Shown piece by piece: positions 39,994 through 49,824 of a DNA stretch of 64,000 bases (positions are counted from its first letter, which is position 1; every line of letters starts with the position of its first letter). The position numbers and the translations under genes were made by a program. The notes beneath the pieces are model-generated. The model was not told where the DNA came from. It did no database searches and was given only the letters and a program-made list of their open reading frames with translations. The stretch is taken from contig OZ220089.1 of NCBI GenBank assembly GCA_964291625.2, forward strand, positions 3,392,001 to 3,456,000, given 5' to 3'. This DNA comes from Candidatus Latescibacterota bacterium (GTDB lineage Bacteria > Latescibacterota > UBA2968 > UBA8231).

Positions 39994-41321
39994 TCCGCCC
40001 CCAGCTCCCGCGCCGTCTCCTCCACCGCCTCGGTCACGGCGCGCACCGTGGTCTCCACCTCGTCCTCGTCGACGGTGAAGGGCGGGCTGATGGCGATGTG
40101 GTCGCCGCGGACGCCGTCCACCAGCCCCGGGGCGCCGGGCATGATCAGCACGCCGCGCTCGAAGACGCGGTCGACCACGGCGGCGGTGACGCCCCGCTCC
40201 GCGGGGAAGGGCTCCCGCGTCTGCTTGTCGGCGACGAACTCCACCCCCGTGAGCAGGCCCTTGCCGCGCACGGCCCCTACGATGGGGTTGTCCAGCAAGG
40301 GCTCGAGGCGCTCCAGCATGAGGTCGCCCATGCGGCGGCAGCGGTCCACGAGGCCGTGGGCGGCGACGTGGTCCTGCACGGCCAGGGCCACGGCGCACGA
40401 GAGGGGGTTGCCGCCGTAGGTGTGGCCGTGGACGTAGTGGTCCTGCCTCTCGTAGATGGCGTCGTAGATGCCGTCGCTCACGACGGTGGCGGCGATCGGG
40501 GTGTAGCCGCTGCTCAGGCCCTTGCCGGTGGCCAGGATGTCGGGCACCACGTCGAAGTGGTGGAAACCGAAGTCGAGGCCGGTGCGGCCGAAGCCGGTGA
40601 CCACCTCGTCGGCGATCAGGAGCACGTCGTGGCGGTCGCAGATCTCGCGGAGGGTGCGGAAGTAGTCGGGCGGCGGCGTCAGGCCGGCGCAGGAGGTGCC
40701 GAGGATCGGCTCGGCGATGAAGGCGGCGATCGTCTCGGCCCCCTCCTGCAGGATGACGCGTTCCAGGTCCTCGGCGCAGGTGAGGGCGCACTCGTCGCGG
40801 CAGTAGGGGCAGCGGTACGGGTAGCAGGGGCGGATGTGGGGGAAGTCGAGGAGGTAGGGCTCGTAGTCGCGGCGCCACGACGACCGCCCCGACATGGAGA
40901 GGGCGCCCACGGTGTTGCCGTGCCAGCTCTGCCAGCGGGAGACGATCTTGTGCTTGCCGGGGTTGCCGGTCTCGAGGTGGTACTTGCGGGCGATCTTCAT
41001 GGCCGACTCGGTCGCCTCGGAGCCGCCGGAGACGAAGAACACGCGGTTCAGGTCGCCCGGGGTCATGGCGGCGATGCGGTCGGCCAGGTCGACCTGCGGT
41101 TCGGTGAGGAAGCGCGAGTAGGTGAAGGCGACCTTGCGGGCCTGGGCCTCCATGGCCTCGGCGATCTCGGGGACCCCGTGGCCGATGCTGACCACGTGGA
41201 CGCCGGCGCAGGCGTCGAGCCAAGCGCGGCCGTCGTCGCCGTAGAGCCAGCAGCCCTCGCCGCGGGTGACGTGGAGCCAGCGGTCCTTGCGGACCCGGTG
41301 GAAGAGGCGGTCGCCGGCCAC
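39990..41321 (-). CDS. Class III PLP-dependent aminotransferase
   Basis: FVSGGSEATESAMK, SWHGNT, AAFIAEP, LIADEVVTGFGRTG, GKGLSSGY, HGHTYGGNP. Confidence 0.93.
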   Translation of the reverse strand: MAGDRLFHRVRKDRWLHVTRGEGCWLYGDDGRAWLDACAGVHVVSIGHGVPEIAEAMEAQARKVAFTYSRFLTEPQVDLADRIAAMTPGDLNRVFFVSGGSEATESAMKIARKYHLETGNPGKHKIVSRWQSWHGNTVGALSMSGRSSWRRDYEPYLLDFPHIRPCYPYRCPYCRDECALTCAEDLERVILQEGAETIAAFIAEPILGTSCAGLTPPPDYFRTLREICDRHDVLLIADEVVTGFGRTGLDFGFHHFDVVPDILATGKGLSSGYTPIAATVVSDGIYDAIYERQDHYVHGHTYGGNPLSCAVALAVQDHVAAHGLVDRCRRMGDLMLERLEPLLDNPIVGAVRGKGLLTGVEFVADKQTREPFPAERGVTAAVVDRVFERGVLIMPGAPGLVDGVRGDHIAISPPFTVDEDEVETTVRAVTEAVEETARELGAE

Positions 41322-41323
41322 GG

Positions 41324-42040
41324 TCAGTCCAGCAGGCCGGCGCGCAGCCGCGTCACCTCCTCCGCGGACAGGCCGATGGTGCGCACGTAGGTCTCGATCC
41401 CGCCGTATTTGCCGTTCAGGTGCTCGAGTGGGATTTCCATGGCCCTCGTGGGGGAGACCTCCCGCTGGTATTCCTCCGCGGTCCGGGGGTCGCCCTCCTC
41501 CAGGCGGTGGACCAGGAACCAGCCGCTGAGGCTGTAGTCCTCGGCGATCACTTCGTCAGGCACCCCGGCCAGGCCGAGGAGCAGGGCGGCGGTGACGCCG
41601 GTGCGGTCCTTGCCGCCGGCGCAGTTGAACAGGGCGGGCACGGCCCCGGGCGCGGCCAGGGTGCGCAGGATGTCCCGAACCTTGTCGCGGCGGTTCTCGA
41701 GCCACCCGCAGTAGAGGTCGCCGATCCACTCGGCGCCTTCGAGGGGCCGGGAGGCCTCGACGGGTCCTTCCCCGATGAAGTCCACGTGGCGGTAGGCGAC
41801 CTCCTCCGAGCCGGCGAAGACGCTGGGGTTCTCGGCCAGGTCGCTGCCGCGCCGCAGGTCGAGGACGGTGCGCAGCCCCAGGCCCAGAAGCTCCTCGCGG
41901 CCCGGCCCGGCGAGCTGGTGGAGCTTGTCGGCGCGCAGGAAGCGGCGCCACCTGGTGGTGCGGCCGTCGGCCGTCGGGTAGCCGCCGAGATCGCGGACGT
42001 TCATGGTGCCTTCGAGAGCGAGGTGCCGGCGCGGGTCCAT
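41324..42040 (-). CDS. Tyrosine-protein phosphatase (PtpB/Y_phosphatase3-like), tandem copy 2
   Basis: NVRDLGGY, DLR, LFNCAGGKDRTG (CX5R), EDYSLS; start may extend to 42052 or 42061. Confidence 0.88.
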   Translation of the reverse strand: MDPRRHLALEGTMNVRDLGGYPTADGRTTRWRRFLRADKLHQLAGPGREELLGLGLRTVLDLRRGSDLAENPSVFAGSEEVAYRHVDFIGEGPVEASRPLEGAEWIGDLYCGWLENRRDKVRDILRTLAAPGAVPALFNCAGGKDRTGVTAALLLGLAGVPDEVIAEDYSLSGWFLVHRLEEGDPRTAEEYQREVSPTRAMEIPLEHLNGKYGGIETYVRTIGLSAEEVTRLRAGLLD

Positions 42041-42063
42041 GGGAGCGGCCATATCGCGCACGG

Positions 42064-42783
42064 TCAGTCCAGCAGGCCGGCGCGCAGCCGCGTCACCTCC
42101 TCCGCGGACAGGCCGATGGTGCGCACGAAGGGCTCGATGCCGTCGTACTTGCCGTTCAGGTGCTCGAGGACGATCTCCATGGCCCTCCGGGGCGAGGCCT
42201 GCTCCTGGTACTCCTTCCGGGTCCGGGGGTCACCCTCCTCCAGGCGGTGGACGAGGAACCAGCCGCTGAGACCGTAGTCCTCGGCGATCACGTCGTCGGG
42301 CACCCCCGCCAGGCCGAGGAGCAGGGCCGCGGTGACGCCGGTGCGGTCCTTGCCGGCGGCGCAGTTGAAGAGGGCGGGAACGGCCCCGGGCGCGGCGAGG
42401 GCCCGCAGGGTGTCGCGCACCTGCTCGCGGCGCACCTCGAGCCACTGGCAGTAGATGTCGCCGATCCGCTCGGCGCCTTCGAGCAGTGGCTGGGAGGGGT
42501 CGATGGGGCTCTCGCCGACGTAGTCCACCTGGAGGTAGTCGACCCCCTCCAGGGCCGCGAAGACGCTGGGCCTCTCGGCCAGCTCCCTGTCCCTCCTCAG
42601 GTCGACGACGGTGCGCAGCCCCAGGTCCAGCAGCTCGTCGCGGGCGGAGTCCGCGAGCTGGTGGAGGCCGTCGGCGCGCAGGAACCGGCGCCACTGAGTG
42701 GTGCGGCCGTCGGCCGCCGGATAACCGCCGAGATCGCGGACGTTCAGGGTGCCTTCGAGAGGCAGGTGCCGGCGTGGGTCCAT
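42064..42783 (-). CDS. Tyrosine-protein phosphatase (PtpB/Y_phosphatase3-like), tandem copy 1
   Basis: MDPRRHLPLEGTLNVRDLGGY...LFNCAAGKDRTG...EDYGLS. Confidence 0.88.
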   Translation of the reverse strand: MDPRRHLPLEGTLNVRDLGGYPAADGRTTQWRRFLRADGLHQLADSARDELLDLGLRTVVDLRRDRELAERPSVFAALEGVDYLQVDYVGESPIDPSQPLLEGAERIGDIYCQWLEVRREQVRDTLRALAAPGAVPALFNCAAGKDRTGVTAALLLGLAGVPDDVIAEDYGLSGWFLVHRLEEGDPRTRKEYQEQASPRRAMEIVLEHLNGKYDGIEPFVRTIGLSAEEVTRLRAGLLD

Positions 42784-42800
42784 GGGAGCGGTCGTGTCCT

Positions 42801-43883
42801 TCAGGAAGAGTGGGGGAAGAGGGGCATGGTGCGCGCCTCCTCGACGCTCTGCTCGCGGCCCGAGTTGTCGCCGCCGAGCCAGCGGTAGCGGGTCGGGTAG
42901 AGGGTGAGGGAGCGATCCTGCAGGGGCAGGGAGACCGGGACTGCGTTGCGCAGGGCGGACTCCCGGGCGGCGATGGCGACCTCGAGGGACTGGAGCAGGT
43001 CGCGGCCGGAGATGCGCAGCTCGCCGCCGTGGCGGACGACGTCGATGAAAGAGCGGATCGAGGTGCCCAGGTAGGTGAAGCGCGGGTACTCGATAGGCTT
43101 GTACGGGCGCTCGACGCGGATGCGGGCGCCGGAAGCGTCGAAGCCCTGCCAGATCTCCGGCAGCGCCCAGCTCCAGCGCACGAGGGCGTCGTCGGTCCAG
43201 ACGTCCACGCCGCGGCAGGGGTCGCGGGAGCTGAAGACGGGGCACTCGATGCCGCTGCTGAGGCGGAAGAGGCCGTTGATGGCGAGGTCCTTGTCGGTGC
43301 CGGACTCCAGGGCCTCCCGGGGCGAGCCCCAGGCGGTGACCTCGGCCACCTCGGCGCCGGTGAACAGGCGCATCACGGCGATCTGCTGGCAGCCGCCGCC
43401 GGAGATCTCGGTGCTCAAGGAGTGGACGGCGGCGCCCCGCAGCTCGCCGAAGTCGCCGGCCCGCAGCCAGGCGGCGGCCTCCTGCACCTCGCTCATGGCG
43501 CGCACCAGGTTGCCGCCGGCGAAGACGACGCCCCGGGACTCGCAGGCCTCGATCATGGCGTCCACGTCGGCCAGCCGGGCGCCGATCGGCTTGTCCGTGG
43601 AGACGCCGCGCACGCCGGCCTCGGCGCTGGCGGTGACGGCCTCCTGGATGAACTTGGCGGGCAGGACCACGGCGGCCAGATCCGGGGTCATGCGGCGGTA
43701 GAGCTCCTCCACGTCGGCGAAGAGGCCGTCGACGCCGAAGCGCTCGCCCACGGCCTGGCGGCGGCCCGGGTTGGGCTCGACGAGGGCCACGACCTCGGTG
43801 TCGGGGAGGATGTTGTAGACCTCGACGTAGTGCTGGCCCAGGCGGCCGCACCCGATGATGGCGACGGTCAGCTTGTCAGTCAT
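42801..43883 (-). CDS. Gfo/Idh/MocA family oxidoreductase
   Basis: VAIIGCGRLG, TDKPIG. Confidence 0.85.
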   Translation of the reverse strand: MTDKLTVAIIGCGRLGQHYVEVYNILPDTEVVALVEPNPGRRQAVGERFGVDGLFADVEELYRRMTPDLAAVVLPAKFIQEAVTASAEAGVRGVSTDKPIGARLADVDAMIEACESRGVVFAGGNLVRAMSEVQEAAAWLRAGDFGELRGAAVHSLSTEISGGGCQQIAVMRLFTGAEVAEVTAWGSPREALESGTDKDLAINGLFRLSSGIECPVFSSRDPCRGVDVWTDDALVRWSWALPEIWQGFDASGARIRVERPYKPIEYPRFTYLGTSIRSFIDVVRHGGELRISGRDLLQSLEVAIAARESALRNAVPVSLPLQDRSLTLYPTRYRWLGGDNSGREQSVEEARTMPLFPHSS

Positions 43884-44113
43884 GGGCGGCTAATGTGGGC
43901 CACGGCGGGGGCTGCCGCCAGTCGCCGCCTGCCCGCCCGCGGGAGCCTGCCCCGGCCCGGCGGCCGTCTGCGGGCCTTCCGCGAGTCCCGCCCCGGGCCG
44001 GTGGCCGCGGAGGACCTCCCCCCGGCTGGCGGCCGTCCCGCGGGGGGATTGCCGCGAGTCCTGCCCCCGGGCCGGCGGGGCCGTATACTTCGCGCCTTCC
44101 AGGGAGGACCTCC

Positions 44114-44746
44114 ATGCTGACGATCGACGGAAAGCAGGTCTGCGAGAGCCTGGCGGAGGTGGTCGACCCGTCGCGGGCGGCGCTGGCCGTGATCGACATC
44201 GAGAACGTCCCCCGGTGGGACGAGGGTTCCGACCGGGTCATCTTCGACAAGGTGAAGCTCCTCACCGCCGCGGCCCGGCGCCGCGGGGTGCCCGTGTTCT
44301 ACTTCTACAACCACCGCAACCGCGGCCTCACCGACGCCTCCGCCGCGGTGATCCGCACCTGGCTCAACCTCGGCCACCGCCCCGACAGCTTCCACGAGGA
44401 TTTCGAGCCGGACTACGACCTGGTGCGGGTCCACCCCGGCCTGGAGCCGCGGGAGGGCGACCACGTCCTGCCCAAGCACCGCGGCTGCGCCTTCGAGGGC
44501 ACCGACTTCGACCTCATGCTGCGCGCCCTGCGCCGGGAGAGCGTCGTCCTCGTGGGCTGCTCCACCGACTGGTGCCTGGAGGCCACCGCCTGGAGCGCCA
44601 CCAACAAGGACTACTATGTCGCCGTCGTGGAGGACTGCACCCGCTCCCCGCGCCCGCACGGCCACGAGGCGGCCCTGCGCCAGTTCCGGGAGATCGGGCT
44701 GGACCTGACGACCTCGGAGGAACTGCTGGGGCTGTGGGAGGGGTAG
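44114..44746 (+). CDS. Isochorismatase-family cysteine hydrolase
   Basis: AGGGAGG RBS; ALAVIDIEN, KHRGCAFEGTDFD..LR, GCSTDWC, VEDCT. Confidence 0.88.
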   Translation: MLTIDGKQVCESLAEVVDPSRAALAVIDIENVPRWDEGSDRVIFDKVKLLTAAARRRGVPVFYFYNHRNRGLTDASAAVIRTWLNLGHRPDSFHEDFEPDYDLVRVHPGLEPREGDHVLPKHRGCAFEGTDFDLMLRALRRESVVLVGCSTDWCLEATAWSATNKDYYVAVVEDCTRSPRPHGHEAALRQFREIGLDLTTSEELLGLWEG

Positions 44747-44786
44747 GCGGGGGGGGGGGGCGATGCGGCCCCGGGGGGGCGTGTCA

Positions 44787-44825
44787 CCTACTAATTTCCT
44801 ACTAATTCATGCAGAATTAGTAGGA
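44787..44825. repeat. AT-rich direct plus inverted repeat (CCTACTAATT twice, then GAATTAGTAGGA)
   Basis: TCCTACTAATTC (44797-44808) pairs with GAATTAGTAGGA (44814-44825); extra direct copy at 44787-44796. Confidence 0.8.
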
Positions 44826-44976
44826 GAGGCCGGACTCCCAAAGGGAATCGTGCGCACTGCCTGCGCCGCCTCAGCGCGGGAAGAGGCTCACCTGACCTCA
44901 TGCGGTCTTGACCACGAATCCAGGGTTGATGAGGACATGCAGAACCGGCTTTGGGCCGCCAAGGGGAGGTAGCTCT

Positions 44977-46098
44977 GTGGCACACTTTCTGGACCTGTTT
45001 ACGCCTGAGACCTGGCACGCCTTTCGGGAGATAGGCGCAACGACTACCGGCTTTCGTGAACGACATCGACGATTCGCAGAGGGGCGCGTCAGCCAGGGCG
45101 ACATTTTCCTCTGTTACCTGACTCGCTTGTCGCGCTGGTGCGGAGTGCTGCAAGCCGAGTCTGGGGCGTATCACGACAGCACCTCGATTCACCCGGATCT
45201 GGATCCTTTCCCGGTTCGATTCAAGGTCAAGCCAATCGTCATGCTGGAGCCCGAGTCGGCCATACCGATCTATGACGAGAGGGTGTGGAGTTCGCTGACC
45301 ATCACGAAGCACCACAAGAGGCGAACCCCTACCTGGACAGGGTTCTTCCGAGCGTCTCTCAACAAGCTTGAGGAAGAGGATGGGGAGTACTTGGTCGAAC
45401 TCTTGAAGGAGCAGCAATCGAGGCCAAGGAGCTACCCGCTCACCGACAAAGACAAACGTCAGCTCGCTGGGAGGAGGAAGGTTCCCACTCTGGATAGAGA
45501 GGTGGAGGTCGAGGTACCAGAGGAGGGAGATGAGGAGTCTTCTCTCGAACCGGAGATGGTCGAGCCTTCATCCAACCATCGGGAGTCGACTCGATATCAG
45601 GCAAAGGTAGCCCGAATCGGCGTTGAGATGGGGTTTCGCATCTGGGTGCCAAGGAACGACAAAGCGCGGGTTCTGGAGCTTGTCCCGACGGCCATGCACG
45701 AGAGCTTTCTGCCCAGACTGCCTCTGAACTACGACGACACGACCCTGAGAACCGTAGAGCAGATCGATGTGCTGTGGCTAAAGGGGCGTTCCATGGCCAG
45801 GGCGTTTGAGGTCGAGCACACAACTTCGATCTACTCAGGCTTGTTGAGGATGGCAGACTTATTGGCCCTTCAACCAAACATGGATATCCATCTGCACATT
45901 GTTGCCCCGCCAGACAAGCGGGAGAAAGTCCTACGCGAGATCCGGAGGCCCGTGTTCTCTCTCTTGGACCGGGCACCTCTATACGAGAGGTGCTCCTTCC
46001 TCTCATATGAATCAGTAGACTCGTTGGCTGAGGCGCCGCATCTGTCCCACATGAGCGACACGATCATTGGCGAATACGAGGAATCTGCGGAGGTGTAG
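44977..46098 (+). CDS. EVE-like domain fused to a PD-(D/E)XK nuclease-like domain; low-GC insertion
   Basis: GGGGAGGT RBS; FTPETW...TGFR...GDIFLCYLT...W.G (EVE-like); QIDVLWL...AFEVEHTTSIYSGLLRMADL. Confidence 0.75.
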   Translation: MAHFLDLFTPETWHAFREIGATTTGFRERHRRFAEGRVSQGDIFLCYLTRLSRWCGVLQAESGAYHDSTSIHPDLDPFPVRFKVKPIVMLEPESAIPIYDERVWSSLTITKHHKRRTPTWTGFFRASLNKLEEEDGEYLVELLKEQQSRPRSYPLTDKDKRQLAGRRKVPTLDREVEVEVPEEGDEESSLEPEMVEPSSNHRESTRYQAKVARIGVEMGFRIWVPRNDKARVLELVPTAMHESFLPRLPLNYDDTTLRTVEQIDVLWLKGRSMARAFEVEHTTSIYSGLLRMADLLALQPNMDIHLHIVAPPDKREKVLREIRRPVFSLLDRAPLYERCSFLSYESVDSLAEAPHLSHMSDTIIGEYEESAEV

Positions 46099-46171
46099 GA
46101 GGAGGACTCAACGGCGATCGAGGTGATTTCTTCAAGCCCCGGACGGCCCCTATCGAAAGGCATAGATCCCC

Positions 46172-47374
46172 ATGAGCACCGTGACCATCCAGGACGTGCA
46201 GGTCATCGCCACCCAGCCGGCGGGAGCCCGGCTGGTGATCGTCAAGATCATCACCTCCGAGCCGGGGCTCCACGGCGTCGGGTGCGCCACCTTCACCCAG
46301 CGCTTCCGCGCCGTGATCGCCGCCGTGGAGCGGCACCTGAAGCCCCTGCTCATCGGGCGCGACGTGGACCGCATCGAGGAGATCTTCCAGCTCTCCTGCG
46401 TCAACGGCTACTGGCGCAACGGGCCGGTGCTGAACAACGCCATCTCCGGTGTCGACCAGGCCCTGTGGGACATCAAGGGCAAGCGCGCGGGCATGCCCGT
46501 CTACCAGCTTCTCGGGGGCAAGTGCCGCGAGGCGGCGGCCTGCTACGCCCACGCCGGCGGCGCCAGCAAGGAGGAGATCGTCGACTCGATCCGCGCCTTC
46601 CAGGAGCAGGGCTACCAGTACATCCGCGTGCAGCAGGGCGGGTACGGCGGTCTCGCGGCGGAGCGGCCGGCGCCCGAGGGCGCCCAGCCGGGGTCGTACT
46701 TCGATCCCCGCGGCTACATGCGCGCCCACCTGGAGGTCTTCGACCACGTGCGCGAGCAGTTGGGCTTCGAGGTGGAGCTGCTCCACGACGTGCATGAGCG
46801 CCTGGTCCCCATCGACGCGGTCGGCTTCGCCAAGGAGATGGAGCGCTTCCGGCTGTTCTTCCTGGAGGACCCGCTGGCCCCGGAGGACCTGGAGTGGTTC
46901 CGCAACATCCGCCAGCAGTGCTCGACGCCGATCGCCATGGGCGAGCTGTTCAACCACCCGCGCGAGTGGCAGCCGCTGATCGAGGACCGGCTCATCGACT
47001 TCCTGCGCATGCACGTGTCGCAGATGGGGGGCCTCACGCCGGCGCGCAACGTCGCCGCCTTCGGAGCGATGTACGGGATCCGCACCGCCTGGCACGGCCC
47101 CGGCGACGTCTCCCCCGTGGGGCATGCCGCCAACCTGCACCTGGACCTGTGGGCGCCGAACTTCGGGGTCCAGGAGTGGTGCCGGTTCCACGAACGCGTG
47201 GCCGAGATCTTCCCGGGCATGCCCGAGGTGCGCGGCGGCTACATGTATCCCAACGACCGGCCGGGTCTCGGGATCGAGGTGGACGAGGAGCTGGCGGCGA
47301 AGCATCCCTGCACCGACGGCGTCGAGACCTGGACGCAGACACGGCTGCCGGACGGCAGTCCGGCGCGGCCGTGA
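46172..47374 (+). CDS. Enolase superfamily, RspA/D-mannonate dehydratase-like
   Basis: YWRNGPVLNNAISGVDQALWDIKGK, LLHDVHERL, FFLEDP, MGELF, TAWHGPGDVSPVG. Confidence 0.9.
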   Translation: MSTVTIQDVQVIATQPAGARLVIVKIITSEPGLHGVGCATFTQRFRAVIAAVERHLKPLLIGRDVDRIEEIFQLSCVNGYWRNGPVLNNAISGVDQALWDIKGKRAGMPVYQLLGGKCREAAACYAHAGGASKEEIVDSIRAFQEQGYQYIRVQQGGYGGLAAERPAPEGAQPGSYFDPRGYMRAHLEVFDHVREQLGFEVELLHDVHERLVPIDAVGFAKEMERFRLFFLEDPLAPEDLEWFRNIRQQCSTPIAMGELFNHPREWQPLIEDRLIDFLRMHVSQMGGLTPARNVAAFGAMYGIRTAWHGPGDVSPVGHAANLHLDLWAPNFGVQEWCRFHERVAEIFPGMPEVRGGYMYPNDRPGLGIEVDEELAAKHPCTDGVETWTQTRLPDGSPARP

Positions 47375-48327
47375 GGATCGGCATCGTCGGATCGGGGGGC
47401 ATGGCCCGCCGGCGGGGCCTGGCCTTCGCCGCCCTCGGCGGCTGCACCGTCCCGGCGGTGGCGGCGCGCAACCCGCAGACCGGCGCCGCCCTGGCCGGCG
47501 AGCTGGGCGCCCGGCAGCTTGGCGGGTGGGAGCCGCTGGTCGAGGGCGACCTGGTGGACGCGGTCGCCGTCTGCACCCACAACGACAGCCACGGGCAGAT
47601 CGCCCTGGCGGCGGTGGCGGCGGGCAAGCCGGTCTTCGTCGAGTATCCGCTGGCGCGGCGCGAGGCCGAGGTGGAGGCCCTGACCCGCGCCGGGGTGGAA
47701 GGCGGCAGCGTCGTGCGAGTGGCCCACGGGGAGGTGGTCAGCCCCGGGCATCGGGCCCTGCGGGATGCCGCGGCCGGTCTGGGCGATCTGATGGCGGCGG
47801 TCTTCGTGCGGCTCACGCCCGGCCGGGGGGCCCGCCCCGAGGTGCTGCTCAACCTGCCGGTGTCAGGGCCGCCGGCCCTGTTCTTCGTTTACCAGGTGTA
47901 CCCGCTGGTAGACCTCTTCGGTGCCGCCCGCTGGGTGGAGGCCTCGTGCCGCTACGAAGGGCTCGACCCCGCCACGGGGCGCTACCGCCGCTTCCAGAAC
48001 ACGGTCACCGCCGGTCTGGGCGGCGGCACGGCCACCTGGGTCTGGTCCGGCGGCGTCGAGATCGACGAGGCGGAGCAGTTCGAGCGGCTGGTCATGTCCG
48101 GCGGCACCCTGGTCCGCGCCGGCGGCGCGTGGTCGGTGGCCACGCCCTCGGGGCGGAAAGCGCTGGCGCCGGACGAGGGCCCAGCGGAGTCGCTGGAGCA
48201 GCTGTTCCTGCGGGACGTGCGGGGAGAGGAGACCGGTTGGCGGGCGGACTTGGCCACGGCGGCCGCCGCGGCGCGGCTGGGCCTGCGGGCCGAGCGCGCC
48301 ATGCAAGAGCGGGAGCGGAGCCGATGA
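47371..48327 (+). CDS. Gfo/Idh/MocA family oxidoreductase
   Basis: (V)RIGIVGSGGMA, VCTHNDSH, GKPVFVEYPLA. Confidence 0.82.
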   Translation: MRIGIVGSGGMARRRGLAFAALGGCTVPAVAARNPQTGAALAGELGARQLGGWEPLVEGDLVDAVAVCTHNDSHGQIALAAVAAGKPVFVEYPLARREAEVEALTRAGVEGGSVVRVAHGEVVSPGHRALRDAAAGLGDLMAAVFVRLTPGRGARPEVLLNLPVSGPPALFFVYQVYPLVDLFGAARWVEASCRYEGLDPATGRYRRFQNTVTAGLGGGTATWVWSGGVEIDEAEQFERLVMSGGTLVRAGGAWSVATPSGRKALAPDEGPAESLEQLFLRDVRGEETGWRADLATAAAAARLGLRAERAMQERERSR

Positions 48328-49514
48328 AGATCCTGGTGGCCAACCTCGGCAGCACCTCCTTCAAGTACAAGCTCTTCGACATGCCCGGCGGCGAGGTGCT
48401 GGCCCGGGGAGGCATGGACCGCATCGGCGGCGCCGGCGCGTCCGTGCACGAGTACCGCCTCGGCGGCGGCGACCCGGTGGAGCAGGAGTGCGACCTGCCC
48501 GACCACGGGGCCGCCATCGACGAGGCCCTGAGGCGGCTCACTGGCGGCGGGGGGGCGCCTCTGGCGTCGGTGGAGGACCTGCAGGCGGTCGGCTTCAAGA
48601 CCGTCCACGCCCGGGGCATCACCGGCGTTGTGGAGCTGGACGAGGAGGTCCTGGGCCGGATGGAGGACTTCTACCGCCTGGCGCCGGCCCACAACCCGGC
48701 GTACGTGGCCGCCGTCCGCGGGTTCGCCCGGGTGGCGCCGCACGCGCCGCGGGTGGGCTGCTTCGAGCCGGCCTTCCACGGCACCGCCCCGCTGCGGCGG
48801 CAGCTCTACGCCGTCCCCTGGCACTGGTACGAGGAGTACGGCATCCGGCGCTACGGTTTCCACGGCGCCTCTCACCGCTACGCCGCCGAGAAGGTGCTGG
48901 AGTTGGCGGACACGGACCGCCTGCGCCACGTCAACTGCCACCTGGGCGGCTCCTCGTCCCTGTGCGCGGTGAAGGCCGGCCGGTCGCAGGGCGCCTCCCA
49001 CGGACTCAGCCCCCAGGGCGGGGTGCCGCAGAACAACCGCATCGGCGACCTCGACCCCTGGGCCCTGCAGGTGGTCTGCGACCGCGAGGGGATCTCCCTC
49101 GACGAGGCCCTGGAGGTCTGCGCCACCGAGGGCGGCCTTCTCGGGCTGAGCGGGGTCTCCAACGACATGCGCGACATCGAGGAGAAGGCCGCCGCCGGCG
49201 ACCGCCGCTGCGCCCTCGCCATCGAGGTCTACACCTCGTCGATCCGCGACTACCTCGGGGCCTTCGCAGTGGAGCTGGGGGGCCTGGACGCGATCAGCTT
49301 CACCGGCGGCATCGGCGAGCACTCCAGCCGGGTGCGCGCCCGGGTGCTGGCGGGCCTGGAGTTCCTCGGCGTCGAGTTGGACCCGGCGAGGAACGAGGCC
49401 GTCCGCGGCGAGGGGAGCCTGCACGCCGCCGGCAGCCGCGTGCGCCTGCACGTGCTGCGCACCGACGAGGAGTGGATCGTGGCCCGCCAGACCTTCGAGC
49501 TGCTCACGGGCTGA
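48324..49514 (+). CDS. ackA: Acetate/propionate kinase
   Basis: MKILVANLGSTSFKY, APAHNP, IRRYGFHGASHRY, CHLGGSSS, FTGGIGE, TDEE. Confidence 0.92.
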   Translation: MKILVANLGSTSFKYKLFDMPGGEVLARGGMDRIGGAGASVHEYRLGGGDPVEQECDLPDHGAAIDEALRRLTGGGGAPLASVEDLQAVGFKTVHARGITGVVELDEEVLGRMEDFYRLAPAHNPAYVAAVRGFARVAPHAPRVGCFEPAFHGTAPLRRQLYAVPWHWYEEYGIRRYGFHGASHRYAAEKVLELADTDRLRHVNCHLGGSSSLCAVKAGRSQGASHGLSPQGGVPQNNRIGDLDPWALQVVCDREGISLDEALEVCATEGGLLGLSGVSNDMRDIEEKAAAGDRRCALAIEVYTSSIRDYLGAFAVELGGLDAISFTGGIGEHSSRVRARVLAGLEFLGVELDPARNEAVRGEGSLHAAGSRVRLHVLRTDEEWIVARQTFELLTG

Positions 49515-49593
49515 GGCGCCGCCAACCGGTCCCGACCTTCGGGCGGCGCCGGGCACCGGCCCTTATCTTGAGTGACCGCAGAGGAGACAAGCG

Positions 49594-49824
49594 ATGAGGT
49601 CATTCGACAGGATTACCATCGATCCCGCCGTCATGGGAGGTAAGGCGTGTCTTCGAGGTATGCGCGTGACAGTCGGCACTGTGGTCGGCCTGCTGGCGGC
49701 TGGCCGCTCACCCGAGGAGATTCTCCGAGCATACCCATATCTTGAGCGGGAGGACATCGATCAGTCCCTGGCCTACGCCGCCTGGAGGCTGGAGGAGCGC
49801 GAAGTTCCCCTCTCCGCGCCATGA
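49594..49824 (+). CDS. DUF433 antitoxin
   Basis: RITIDPAVMGGKACLRGMRVTV...EEILRAYPYLEREDI. Confidence 0.92.
   Translation: MRSFDRITIDPAVMGGKACLRGMRVTVGTVVGLLAAGRSPEEILRAYPYLEREDIDQSLAYAAWRLEEREVPLSAP

Larger units (their letters stand above)
41319..42791. repeat. Tandem duplication, unit about 740 bp, of the phosphatase gene
   Basis: 41319-41388 is identical to 42059-42128; CCATGGGAGCGG marks both gene starts. Confidence 0.85.
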
